In this document: positions 14,695 to 26,766 of the stretch, one piece after another | Position numbering within the stretch: position 1 is the stretch's first letter | How the letters are laid out: the number at the start of each line of letters is the position of its first letter | Assembly (NCBI RefSeq): GCF_009914755.1 | Contig: NC_060930.1 | Reading direction: 5' to 3' (one strand) | Length of the DNA stretch: 64,000 nt | DNA from: the human T2T-CHM13v2.0 reference genome, Homo sapiens | The notes under the pieces: model-generated | The model's input: only the letters and a program-made list of their open reading frames with translations | What the model was told of the DNA's origin: nothing | Database searches by the model: none | Translations under genes and position numbers: made by a program

Positions 14695-17600
14695 CTACCC
14701 ATAGTGTTTTCTTTACTGAGTTATGTGTATACTCAGATGCATTCACTTTTTTTCAAACTCATTTCCTTATTAATTAATATAATGTAGTGGATAATTAAAT
14801 GTAATTTAGTACATAAATTAGAGGACACCTTGCCAAGATAGTGACTGAACTATGGACAAAAAAAAAAATCACCTAACAATGCATGTGGCATCTGATGAGA
14901 ATATGGACCTCTTTTGTTGAGGAGTGAGCATATTTCATTTGAATGATGATAGTTAAAGTCTATTAGGTAAGATACGTGATTTTTGCTAGAGTTGCTTTGC
15001 TTTTGAGTATGGGAAGATGTTTGGGAGATGACTAATCAAAAATTTGTTTTGTGATTAAGACTGCATTTCAACAGTAGGGTATCTTTTAGAACAATTTCAG
15101 GAAAGTAGTAGCATCTATTTAGTGATTGTGTTATTCCTGGTTATATAGCCTCCAAACTTATTTCCCTGGCCATTCAGAATATCTGAGAGTTACCTAATTC
15201 TCTATTAAATTCCATCTGATAGTGTGAATTCTAATAACTCAAACTTAGAAAAAAACAACTGACTGACTAATTTATTCATTCATTGCTTCATAGGACAAAT
15301 ATTTATTACCTACAATGAGGTTATCAAGTGGAAAACTTTTTCTTTCTCCAGAAGTATAAAATAATATTCAAATTTGGAAAAGTAGAAAGCAAAAAGTACT
15401 CTACTTTTTAAACAGGGAAACAGATTTCCTAAGAATTAATTCTGCTTCTCAAACTATTCACCTTTTCCCACTTCTTGATTCTCCTTCCCCCATCTATTGA
15501 AAGGAGAAAACTAAGGGTAATTATAAAGATTAGAAGACAGTATCAGAGTCCCAATTTATTGTAATGGAATTAGGGATAACTGTTTGGAGAATGGAGAATA
15601 ATTATCTTTCTATCAACAAACAGAAAATAATATGCTGGATAATAATTAGTAAGAATGATATTTTCATACTTGGAGGTAAGATTGGCATTTTAAGCCCTAT
15701 TTGAACATGCACCAGGCCCGGTAAAATATGCTGAATCCATATAAACACTGAAAAGAAGAAATGGAAAGCAAGGGAGTGGGAAAGAGAGACAGGTCAGAAG
15801 AGGATTTGCCAGTCTTTTCCACTCTGCCCCATCATTTGGCATGCCACCCGTGGAAAATCTTAGGTGGGGCTGCCAGTGCCCCACTCAAGAGACTCAATAC
15901 AGAGTCAGAGGGAAAGGCAAAAGAGATCAAGTCAGGGAAATTCTCACCTGCCAGGGAGATGTGCTATGGGGAAGACCCCACAGGTCATGCCTAGAGAAGA
16001 GTATCATCAGCAAGTAAATGATAGCAGGGACCAACAGCTGATTACAGTTGTATTCCTATTCAGTAAATAGATGTTGAGCATTTTCCTGTCATTCCTCTGG
16101 CCAGATCTAAATCATAAAATAGCTAAAACCTGAAAAAGAAAAGGATAAAAGTGAAAGAGCAGATCACGCTCAGTCTCACTTGAGTTCCCTTGGGCCAAAA
16201 TCTGGTTGGCACTGGATTTCTACTATGTCACTGTGGTGCAGATGACTGCTAAACTACATATGAGTTTTCAGATTTAGACTGGACTAAACATAAATTTTTT
16301 TAATTACCAAAAGTGGCCAAATATAATTTTTTAATTACCAAAAGTGACCAGAAAAAATACAGAATAAGTCTGACATGTTATTAAGAGACAAGAAAAAAAA
16401 GATGTGACATACCATGATTGGAAGCCAATTATTAGAGAAAAATTGTTTTATGTTTACAACCCGTTGAAGTTCAAATCGTTTGACAATCCAGTTGCATTTG
16501 AGAAATGGTGGTACAAACACTTTTAGTGGAGTAACCAAAGTGATTCCTTACTGAGGTACAGAATAAGGAGAATTTGATTTTGCCAGGTAAGTTGAAGAAG
16601 ATTTTCAAAGAAAGGCTTGACAATGGAACTATGTCTTAAAGATAACGAGGAAATTGTCCAGTGAAAGAGAATATGGACAAGATATTAATCAGGTGGTGCA
16701 GAAAATGTTGTAAGGTTGAATTTTTTTTAGATTAAACCATGGAACAGAGAAAATGACAGGAATTAAGATGGAAAAAGTGGTCAGGGTGATGGTAAGTTGT
16801 CTGAACCTTTTGGGCCAGGAAATACCATGATCGATGGCATATTTTTGAGAGAGCTATGTTGACAGTCTGGATTTTGCTTTAGAATGGAAGAGCGTATGAA
16901 AGAGACAATCACGGAGGAGTCTGAAGAGATAGATTATGATCATATAAACTGAGATAAGTCAGAAAACGTGGAAGAAGAGCAGTTACACATGATTTTCAGT
17001 GACCTAAGTGTTAGGACTTGCAGGCAGCAATAGGCTGTATGAAAAGAGCACTATTGAAAATGATAATGAATGTTCTAATCTGGGCTAGGTTTACGGTGAT
17101 AAATCTTGACTAAGTAGAGGCATTGCATATAAACACAAGTAACTTTTCGGTAAGATGAAAAATTATTTCTTTTTCTCCTTTCCTTCTTTCCCTTCTCCTG
17201 TCTTTTCTTTTTTCCTCCCTTTCTTGTACCACCATCACTTGCTTATCTTCCAGTCTTTCTGTTTCTACTTTAATCTCCAACTGATTTCAAAACAAGAATT
17301 TGAAGTGGCTAATAGTTAATGTTCTTCTCTTTGTGTTGTTCTAACATTTCTAATGCCTGATTACTATCCAATCTTCTTTTCCCTTATTTTTGGAACTCTG
17401 TTAAATTGTACTGGGAAACTAAGAACTGTGTTTATTTTATCTTGCTGTGCATTCATAAACAGTAACATTCTCATATGCCTGTTGAAATTGTTATTAAAAT
17501 AATCACATTGAGCAGTAGCCAATAATCAATTTATGTGCCACGCTAAAACTTGACTTTAGAATTTAGAATCACTTCTATTTACCCCATTAAAATTATTTAT

Positions 17601-19219
17601 AAGAAAGATTATATTTATGAATAATTTTAGATATAATAAAAAATGTTAACTCATAATATGCAATGAGGGAAACAAACAATAAAACAAAACTAGGAATGAA
17701 TTTAAGAACAATGATTTGGTAAGCAAAAAAGCTTGACTGCTTTTGCACTTGAAAACTATTGACAAAAAATTACCAAAACCAAAACCAATGAACCAAACAA
17801 ACGAACGCCACACATGAAAAATACTGTCTTGGCCAGTTGTTTCTTGGATCCATCTAAAATGTGATTTATTTTTCTCATCTGCTATATAAAAAGGTGAAAT
17901 TTGGTTTGATGTGGCCCAGTGCCATGCAAAAGAGAGATATACCAATATCTAGCTTATTTGACAGATGGTATTTAAACCAGAAAAAAAATCAATATGTTTA
18001 TTTTTCATCAAGCTAAGGTCAATAGAAATATTTCTGTGTAATGTAATACATCATCATATGATGTCATCTCGAGAAGTTCAGTTTAAATAAGAAAGAAAAA
18101 TGTGTAGCCCAGGTCAAAACCACAACAAAGCCTCCAAAGAAATACAACACTGTAAGTTGTATTCAGATGTAGGAATGCTGACTAATTGCTTTCATTAGGT
18201 AACTTCTGGGATATGGCAATTCTGGCATGTTTTCTTTGGGGGGGATTATAGTATGTGGGGTGGAGGCTTAATTTGGTTTACATAAAAATAATGCCAGCCT
18301 CCCACAAAAACAAAGCCCAATCAAAGGGACATAAACATGCTGTAAGAACTTCATAGGTATTCCCAGAAAACGAGACCTTTACTTAGCATATCGTCACCAC
18401 TCATAACTGCCATCAGGACTTGACTCACTTAGAGAAGTATTGGAGATTTTCCTGGTCACTGGTTAGCTAATTGGCTCTCCTGTGGGGATATAGGGTAAGT
18501 AGAGGAAGGAAACTCAGTTTCCTGATATTCCTGAAAACTCTTTAGAAATATTGCACATTAGGAATTTATCTACTAGTCCTTTTGGGTATTACTAAGCTTA
18601 ACAGACTGATCTGGATTATTCTAATGTCCAAGTGATACTATTATATAAATTTAGCATCAGAAGGAACAGATATTTTCTTCTCCATATAATGTGGGTGAAT
18701 ACTTAAACCAATTAACATCCTCAGAGAAGAAAGTGGAATAAATAAAGTACCTTTTTACAATGTGGAACATTAAAAAAAATAAGAAAAAATTATGCAACAT
18801 ATTTTACACTTGTTCTGTAGTATAATTTAAGGAAACCATCGAGCATTAATCTGGTGCATTAAAAATCCCGTGGTGTCAGTATAAAGTTAAAAGCAAAATC
18901 TTTTATTAATATTTCTTTCCAAGGTGTGTTATAAAGAATTAGTCAGAGGTTTTAAGAATAAACAATGAAAGGATTGTGCATAAGCATTTTATGAAAAAAA
19001 TGTTTTTTGTTTCAAAAAGATCTTTCATCTTCAAAGATTTTAATAGTCAAAGTGGGTTAAAAGGTGACAGCTCTTACCTACAATCTTTTCAGGTACTTGA
19101 ATGTAGAGAACTTTTTTCAAAGAACCTATAAATACCCTTCATGTTTTTATCCTTGAAGGTGTGAGGTATCCAGTTAAATGTCTCCAATTGGGCTGTATAG
19201 TTACTCACAAACTACATAT

Positions 19220-19628
19220 TTTCATGCGCGTCCATGTGAAGAGACCACCAAACAGGCTTTGTGTGAGCAATAAAGCTGTTTATTTCACCTGGGTGCAGGT
19301 GGGCTGAGTCCGAAAAGAGAGTCAGCAAAGGGAGATAGGGGTGGGACCGTTTTATAGGATTTGGGTAGGTAAAGGAAAATTACAAAGGGGGGTTGTTCTC
19401 TGACGGGCAGAGTGGGGGTCACAAGGTACTCAGTGGGGGAGCTTTTGAGCCAGGATGAGCCAGGAGAAGGAATTTCACAAGACAATGTCATCAGTTAAGG
19501 CAGGAACAGGCCATTTTCACTTCTTTTGTGGTGGAATGTTATCAGTTAAGGCAGGAACCAGCCATCTGGATGTGTACATGCAGGTCACAGGGGATATGAT
19601 GGCTTAGCTTGGGCTCAGAGGCCTGACA
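19220..19628 (-). promoter_or_regulatory. HERV-H 3' LTR (LTR7), 409 bp
   Basis: Minus strand begins TGTCAGGCCTCTGAGCCCAAGC and ends CATGAAA; intact TATAAAA at 19350-19356; AATAAA polyA signal; PPT agaagacaggaa adjacent (19629-19640). Confidence 0.97.
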
Positions 19629-20254
19629 TTCCTGTCTTCTTATATTAATAAGAAAAATAAAACGAAATAGTGGTAAAGTGTTGGGACGGTGAAAATTTTT
19701 GGGGGGTGGTATGGAGAGATAATGGGCAATGTTTCTCAGGGCTGCTTCGAGAGGGATTAGGGGCGCGGCGTGGGAACCTAGAGTGGGAGAGATTAAGCTG
19801 AAGGAAGATTTGTGGTAAGGGGTGATATTGTGGGGTTGTTAGACGAAACATTTGTCTTTTAGAATTATTGGTGATGGCCTGGATACAGTTTTGTATGAAT
19901 TGAAAAACTAAATGGAATAAGAGAAGGAGAAAAACAGGTATTAAAGGACTAAGAATTGGGAGGACCTAGGACATCTAATTAGAGAGTGCCTAAGGAGGTT
20001 CAGCACAGCCTTGCCAGTAAAGATTATTTACTTTAAGAGTTAAGAGTGGCGGTTTGGGGATAGCACCAGGAGATATCAGCTGTGCTGGCTTGGAGAAACA
20101 GTGTAAACTGGCAGTGTAAACAAGAGCAGGGCATGTATGAGTAGTTGAGAACGGTGAATAGGAGTATGACTAGACAGAAGATAGTAGGGATGACAAGTTA
20201 TTTGGGACACAGTCCAAGTTGGTTTGGTGTCTGGAATGAGACTGGGGCCTAATA

Positions 20255-20525
20255 AAAAGGAGCTCAAATGGGCTATAACTTGTAGCATTCCGAGGACAGG
20301 CCTGAATTCTGAGAAGCGAAAGTGGTAAAAGTATTGTCCAGTCCTTTTTAAGTTGGTGGCTGAGCTTGGTGAGGTGTGTTTTTAAAAGACCTTTAGTCCG
20401 TTCTACTTTTCCTGAAGACGGAGGACCGTAAGGGATATAAAGGTTTCACTGAATACTAAGAGCCTGAAAAACTGCTTGGCTGATTTGACTAATAAAGGCT
20501 GGTCTGTTATCAGACTGTATAGAGG
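20255..20525 (-). pseudogene. pol: HERV-H integrase core remnant
   Basis: Manual translation SIQSDNRPAFISQ...*...SSGKVERTKGLLKTHLTK...YSPFELL with an in-frame stop. Confidence 0.85.
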
Positions 20526-21422
20526 TGGGAAGGCTAAACTGAGGAATTGTGTCTGACAGAAGGGAAGAAATGACTGCGGTGGCCTTCTCAGACCCTGTAG
20601 GAAAGGCCTGTACCTATCCAGTGAAAGTGTCTACCTAGACTAAGAGGTATTTTAGTTATCTGACTCGGGGCATGTTGAGTAAAGCTAATTTGCCAGTCCT
20701 GGGCGGGGGCAAATCCTTGAGCTTGATGTGTAGGGAAGGCAGGGGGCCTGAATAATCCTTGAGGAGTAGTATAATAGCAGATGGAACACTGAGAAGTTAT
20801 TTCCTTGAGGATAGATTTCCACGATGGAAAGAAAATGAGAGGTTCTAAGAGGCGGGCTAGTGGCTTGTACTATAGCATAGCCTGCCTTTGCTGGTGTGTG
20901 GCGATTAGGCCTGGTGGAACTGCCATCAATAAATCAAGCGTGATCAGGGTGAGGAACAGGAAAGAAGGAAATATGGGGAAATGGGGTGAATGTCAGGTGG
21001 ATCAGAGAGATACAGTCATGGGGGTCAGGTGTGGTATCAGGAATAATGTGGGAGGCCAGATTGAAGTCCGGGCCAGGAACAATGGTAATTATGGGACTTA
21101 ACAAAGAGTGAGTACAGCTGAAGGAGCCGGGGCGCAGAAAGTATATGCGTCAGGTATGAGGAAGAAAATAGATTTTGGAAGTTATGAGAAATGTAGAGAG
21201 TGAGTTGAGCATAGTTTGTGACTTTTAGGGCCTCTAAAAGTATTAAAGCAGTGGCAGCCGCTGCACGCAGACATGAGGGCTAGGCTAAAATAATAAGGTC
21301 AAGTTGTTTGGACAGAAAGGCTACAGGGTGCGGTCCTGGCTTTTGTGTAAGAATTCTGACCGCACTAAGCATGCTAGGAAGGAAAGGAGCTGTTGTTTTA
21401 TAAGGGATTGAGGTTTGGGAGA

Positions 21423-22362
21423 TTAATCGGACATGATCAGCAGGGAAAACACTTGTGTTTTTATGAGAATTATGCCGATAGGTAACAGATGAGGATGAAA
21501 TTTGGGCTTGACTGAAGTAATGGGGGCTGTCTGTGAAGGCTTGCGGCAGTACAGCCCAGGTAATTTGCTGAGCCTAATGGGTGTCAGGGTCAGTCTAAGT
21601 GAAAGCAAAGAGAGGCTGGGATGAGGGGTGCAGGGGAATAGTGAAAAAAGCATCTTTAAGATCGAGAATGGAATAGTGAGTTGTGGAGGAAGGTATTGAG
21701 GACAAAAGAGTGTACAGCTTGGGCACCACAGGATGGATAGGCAAAACAATTTGTTGATAAGGTGCAGATCCTGAACTAATCTGTAAGACTTGTCCAGTTT
21801 TTGGACAGGTAAGATGGGGGAATTGTAAGGAGAGTTTATAGGTTTTAGAAGCCCATGCTGTAGCAGGCAAGTGATAACAGGCTTTAATCCTTTTAAAGCG
21901 TGCTGTGGGATGGGATATTGGCGTTGAGTGGGGTAAGGGTGATTAGGTTTTAATGGGATGGTAATGGACATGTGATCAGTTGCCAGGGTAGGAGTACAGA
22001 TGTCCCATACTTGTTGGTTAAGGTCGGGGGATACGAGAGGAAGACGCAAAGGAGGCTTTGGGTTGGGGAGAAGGGCGGCAATGAGATGCAGCTGTAGTTC
22101 AGGAATAGTCAGGGAAGCAGATAATTTGGTTAAAGTGTCTCGGCCTAATAAGGGAACTGGGCAGGTGGGGATAACTAAAAAAGAGTGCATTAAAAGAGTG
22201 TTGTCCAAGTTGGCACCAGAGTGGGGGAGTTTTCAGGGGTTTAGAAGCCTGGCCATCAATACCCACAACAGTTATGGAGGCAAGGGAAACAGGCCCTTGA
22301 AAAGAAGGTAATGTGGAATGGGTAGCCTCCGTATTGACTAAGGGGATGGACTTACCTTCCAC
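21423..22362 (-). pseudogene. pro-pol: HERV-H protease and N-terminal reverse transcriptase, frameshifted
   Basis: ORF track: LVNTEATHS (DTGA motif degenerate), [42 protein letters not shown] in a shifted frame; no YxDD segment seen. Confidence 0.92.
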
Positions 22363-22458
22363 TGTGAGAGTTACCCAAAGCTCGGCATCCGTGATGGTCT
22401 ATGGGGCTTCCGAGGTGATCGGGCAGCGTCAGTCTTCAGCTGCTAAGCCGAGAAGGAG

Positions 22459-22743
22459 TCAGAGAGCCTTGGGAGTGGCTGCCAGGTGAGTTGGACAGTC
22501 TGATTTCCAGTGGGGTCCCACACAGATGGGACGTGGCTTAGGAGGAATCCCGGGCTGCAGGCATTCCTTGGCCTGGTGGACAGATTTCTGGCACTTGTAG
22601 CAAGCTCCTGGGGGAGGAGGTTCTGGAGGAACGCCTGGCAGCTGCGGTTCAGGCGTTTGGAAGTTCTTGTGTGCTGGAGATGTGGCTGGGGTTTGTCTCA
22701 CAGTGGAGGCAAGGAATTGCAACTTTTTTCTATTATTGTACAC
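22459..22743 (-). pseudogene. gag: HERV-H gag nucleocapsid remnant
   Basis: CCHC knuckle CYKCQKSVHQAKEC; second knuckle degenerate (RPICVGPHWKSDC). Confidence 0.9.
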
Positions 22744-23709
22744 CTTGAAGGTGAGGTTAATTAAATCCTTTTGTGGGGTTTGAGGGCTGGAATTTAATTT
22801 TTGGAGTTTTATTTAATGTCGGGAGCAGATTGGGTAATAAAATGTATTTTGAGAATAAGACGGCCTTTTGGCCTTTTAGGGTCTAGGGCTGTGAAATGTC
22901 TCAGGGTTGCTGCCAAAAGAGTCATGAACTGGGCTGGATTTTTATATGTGATGAAAAAGCCTAAACGCTATCTGATTTGGGATAAAGAAAAAGGAGCATT
23001 AACCTTGACTATGCCTTTAGCTCCAGCCACCTTTTTAAGAGTAAATTGCTGGGCAGGTGGGGGAGGGCTAGTCACGGAATGAAACTGTAAGCCGGACCAG
23101 GTGTGAGGAGGGGAGGTGATAAAGGATTATAGGGTGGAGGAGCGGAGGCTGAGGAAGAATTGGGACCTAGCTGGGCCTGGTGAGGAGCAGCCTGGGGAGG
23201 AAGGGAGAGGTCAGATGGGTCTGTAGAAAAGGAAGATTAGAAAGACTCAGTGATGCTTGGGGTTGGGACTGAGGGGACAGGTGGGAGGGAAAGAAGGAAG
23301 ATTTGGGATGAGTTGCATTGGGAACAGAGACTAGAGAGGGACCAATGTGTAAAAGAATGCCTGGACATCAGGCACCTCAGACCATTTGCCCATTTTACAA
23401 CAAGAATTATTTAGATCTTGCAGGATGGAAAAATTGAAAGTGCCGTTTTCTGGCTATGTGGAACTACTGTTGAGTTTGTATTGGGGTCAAGCGGCATTGC
23501 AGAAGAAAATAAGATGCTTAGATTTTAGGTCAGGTGAGAGTTGAAGAGGTTTTAAGTTCTTAAGAACACAGGCTAAGGGAAAAGAAGGAGGAATGGAGGG
23601 TGGAAGGTTGCCCATAGTGAAGGAGGCAAGCCCAGAGAAAGGAGAGAGTAGAGACACGGAGGGAAGGGGTTCGGGGGTTCTTACCCTCCAGAAAAGTGGG
23701 AAAGGGGTC

Positions 23710-23908
23710 AGGGCACAGAGATATGAGGTCGGGGCATGGAAATAAGGGATTGGGGCACAGATATATAAGAGGTTGTGGTGCGGAAATAAGGGATCGGGGT
23801 GCAGAGATATAAGAGGTTGGGGTGTGGAAATAAGGGATTGGGGCGCAGAGATATAAGGGGTCGGGGCATGGAAATAAGGGATCAGGGCACAGAGATACGA
23901 GGTTGGGG
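23710..23908. repeat. ~44-bp dimeric tandem repeat (about 4.5 copies) in the HERV-H leader
   Basis: Alternating ggggcacagagatataagaggtt and ggggcatggaaataagggatt units. Confidence 0.9.
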
Positions 23909-24373
23909 TACTTGCCCCTCCTCTAGAAAAGTGGGACTTGCCGCTAAGGGTGAAGGACCAAGGCAGGTGTCCCTGTGTGGTCTGACACCTCTGAAACGTG
24001 GGTGAATAATCAGAGAGGCGTCCCTGCAATGATTAAACACCAAGAAAAGGCTGCCTTCCCAGTCCGTGACCGGCGCCGGAGTTTTGGGTCCACAGATAAA
24101 ACGTGTCTCCTTTGTCTCTACCAGAAAATGAAAGGAATTGAAATTAAAAGAAGGGAGAGATTGAAGTGTGGCGCCAAGATTGAAAGGAGAAAGAGGTTGA
24201 GGGATAGTGAGGGAGGCTGGAGAAGAGAGTAAAAAGAGGCCACTTACTGGATTTGAAATTAGTGAGATGTTTCTTGGGCTGGTCGGTCTGAGGACTTGAG
24301 GTCGTAGGTGGACCTTTCTCACGGAGCAAAGAGCAGGAGGACAGGGGATTGATCTCCCAAGGGAGGTCCCCCG

Positions 24374-24391
24374 ATCCGAGTCACGGCACCA
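24374..24391 (-). promoter_or_regulatory. Primer binding site complementary to tRNA-His
   Basis: Minus strand TGGTGCCGTGACTCGGAT, 2 nt from the 5' LTR end. Confidence 0.95.
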
Positions 24392-24393
24392 AA

Positions 24394-24806
24394 TTTCATG
24401 TGCGTCCATGTGAAGAGACCACCAAACAGGCTTTGTGTGAGCAATAAAGCTGTTTATTTCACCTGGGTGCAGGTGGGCTGAGTCTGAAAAGAGAGTCAGC
24501 AAAGGGACATAGGGGTGGGACTGTTTTACAGGATTTGGGTAGGTAAAGGAAAATTACAGTCAAAGGGGGGTTGTTCTCTGGCAGGCAGAGTGGGGGTCAC
24601 AAGGTACTCAGTGGGAGAGCTTTTGAGCCAGGATGAGCCAGGAGAAGGAATTTCACAAGACAATGTCATCAGTTAAGGCAGGAACAGGCCATTTTCACTT
24701 CTTTTGTGGTGGAATGTTATCAGTTAAGGCAGGAACCGGCCATCTGGATGTGTACATGCAGGTCACAGGGGATATGATGGCTTAGCTTGGGCTCAGAGGC
24801 CTGACA
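24394..24806 (-). promoter_or_regulatory. HERV-H 5' LTR (LTR7), 413 bp
   Basis: Matches the 3' LTR except 9 substitutions and one 4-bp indel (manual count); ACAAAAGA motif at 24700-24707; TATA reads TGTAAAA at 24524-24530. Confidence 0.97.
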
Positions 24807-25339
24807 CATATCCCTAAATGTTTATAAAGATCTAATGTAGTATAAAGTTTTTGAGAAAATTAGTAATTTATTTCAAGGAATATTCACCCATCATCTACTA
24901 AGAGCCAGGTACCAGGAATACAACTTAAGAAAATGGATAATACCTATTCTATGCTATGAAGACAATCATGTGGAAAACCATGTAGTGCAGAGTTTTACTA
25001 AATTCTAGCCTCATAGTTCTGACTGTGTACAGCAGCGTATCAGACATTTTCATCTGGATGTCTTATGTTTATTCAAATTTAAATATCCAAAACCAAACTT
25101 TTCACTTCCTTCCCAGAAATAAAAACCCCTCCTTCTTCTGCTCATGTTCTTTTTTAAAAAAACTACTCAAACTCATAAATTAGAAACTTCACATTCATTT
25201 GATTTCTCTTCCTCTCTTTTATCCTTTTATGTAGCCATTTGATTCATTTTTCTATCCTTTCAGTTTATCTAGTTATTCAAAAATCCTGATGTTTTTGTTT
25301 TTAAAGTATTTTTATGCATTCTCCCATTATCATTCAAGG

Positions 25340-25495
25340 AGAAGCAACTTTATAGCCAGAACTGAGTTCCAATCTTGGCTCATCCACTTACTAGATGTGT
25401 GTCTTTAAGAAAGTTAGGTAACATCTCTGTAAGCCCAGGTTTCCTCAGAGGCTTGTTTTGAGTATTAAGAAGATAATGTATGTAAAGCACTAGCA
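25340..25495 (+). mobile_element. MIR
   Basis: ctgagttccaatcttggctcatccacttactagatgtgtg...gataatgtatgtaaagcact. Confidence 0.75.
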
Positions 25496-26483
25496 GACAA
25501 GCCCCTAAACGTGAGCACAGGAAGCATACAGGCTTTCATTATTGTTCCCACTCCCTGCACCTTAGTTCATGCGCTTATCACTTGTGCCAACTTCTGCCAA
25601 ACTTTTTGAGCCTCTCTTCCTAACTGTGGTCTCCTCTTACACTCCAGTTTTACCTTTCACTAGCATTTTACCTTTCTTTCTGCAGGAATCTTTTTTATCA
25701 AAGTGGTATGATTTCCCATTTCCATTAGGATAAAGAATCTTTCAAATCCAATCTTTTTTCTCCTATTGACACCTCCTACCTAGTGAATCCTCCCTCCATC
25801 CAGGCCAACTTCCCTGGCTGGGTTTCCATGAACATACCCAGAGGACTGCTGTACTTTGCTTCCTTCTTGGCCTCTGCATCAAAATGTGAGGGTTGCAGCT
25901 AACATATAAAATGTGAGCTTGTGTGAGTGTGTAATTGAATTCATCATTAAAAACACTCTAATGAAGAAAATGTTAGTCCCAGTTGATTTCAACAATTTTG
26001 AGGAAATTTGATATCAATTTTGTAAAATGTTTTTTTCCGGAAAACAGAGCAGAAATAAAGTAGATATGTCACTTGTTTTATGAGGCCAACATTTCCTAAT
26101 ACCAAAATCAGGAAAAGTCATGATGATATTCTATGGTTTTTTTCCTAAGATTTTTATAGTTTCACATTTTACATGTAAGTCTGATTTCTCAAATTTCTTT
26201 TTTAAAAACGTGCAGTGATATATAGCATGATGCTTTCTTGGCTTTGTTTTTTGTGAGTTTGTGGGGTTTTTTGACATATGGATTTGCAGTTCAAGCACGG
26301 TTTTTGGAAAATACTGTCATTTGAATTGCATTGTACTTTTTACACAAATCAGTTGACCACATTTATGAGTCAGTTTTCTGAAATCTCCATTCTATTCCAT
26401 CCTTTTATGTGGTTATTCCTTCGCCAATACTGTACTGTCTTGAGTATAGTATCTTTCTAGTATATCTTAAAATATGACATTGT

Positions 26484-26766
26484 GGCCAGGCTCATACCTG
26501 TAATCCTAGCACTTTGGGAGGCCAAGGTGGGTGGACTGCTTGAGCTCAGGAGTTAGAGACCAGCCTGGACAACATGGCAGAATCTTGTCTTTACAATGAA
26601 TACAAAAATCAGCTGAGCATGGTGGTGCACGCCTGTAGTCCTAGCTACTGGGAGGCTGAGGTGGGAGGTTGGTTTAAGCCCAGGAGGTGGAAGTTGCAGT
26701 GAGCATTGCCACTGCACTCCAGCCTGGGCAACAGAGCCAGATCCTGTCTCAAAATAAAATAAAATA
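26484..26766 (+). mobile_element. AluJ
   Basis: gcttgagctcaggagtt, aagcccaggagg; (AAAAT)n tail. Confidence 0.92.

Larger units (their letters stand above)
19220..24806 (-). mobile_element. HERV-H provirus (common deleted ~5.6-kb form; gag-pro-pol remnants, env essentially absent)
   Basis: Two LTR7 copies, PBS-His, PPT, 5-bp TSD CATAT at 19215-19219 and 24807-24811. Confidence 0.98.

Noticed and set aside
21423-22208. 261-aa ORF as functional HERV-H Pol
   Set aside because: Protease catalytic motif reads NTEA, RT frameshifts after LINK, and no YxDD is seen
23487-24502. 180-aa and 206-aa ORFs in the HERV-H leader
   Set aside because: Low-complexity translation of C-rich leader, tandem repeat and LTR; no domain
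25935-26200. L1 twin-priming inversion at the strand switch
   Set aside because: The plus fragment appears to duplicate ORF2 sequence also present in the minus copy (~27780-27920) and no shared TSD is visible; more likely independent fragments
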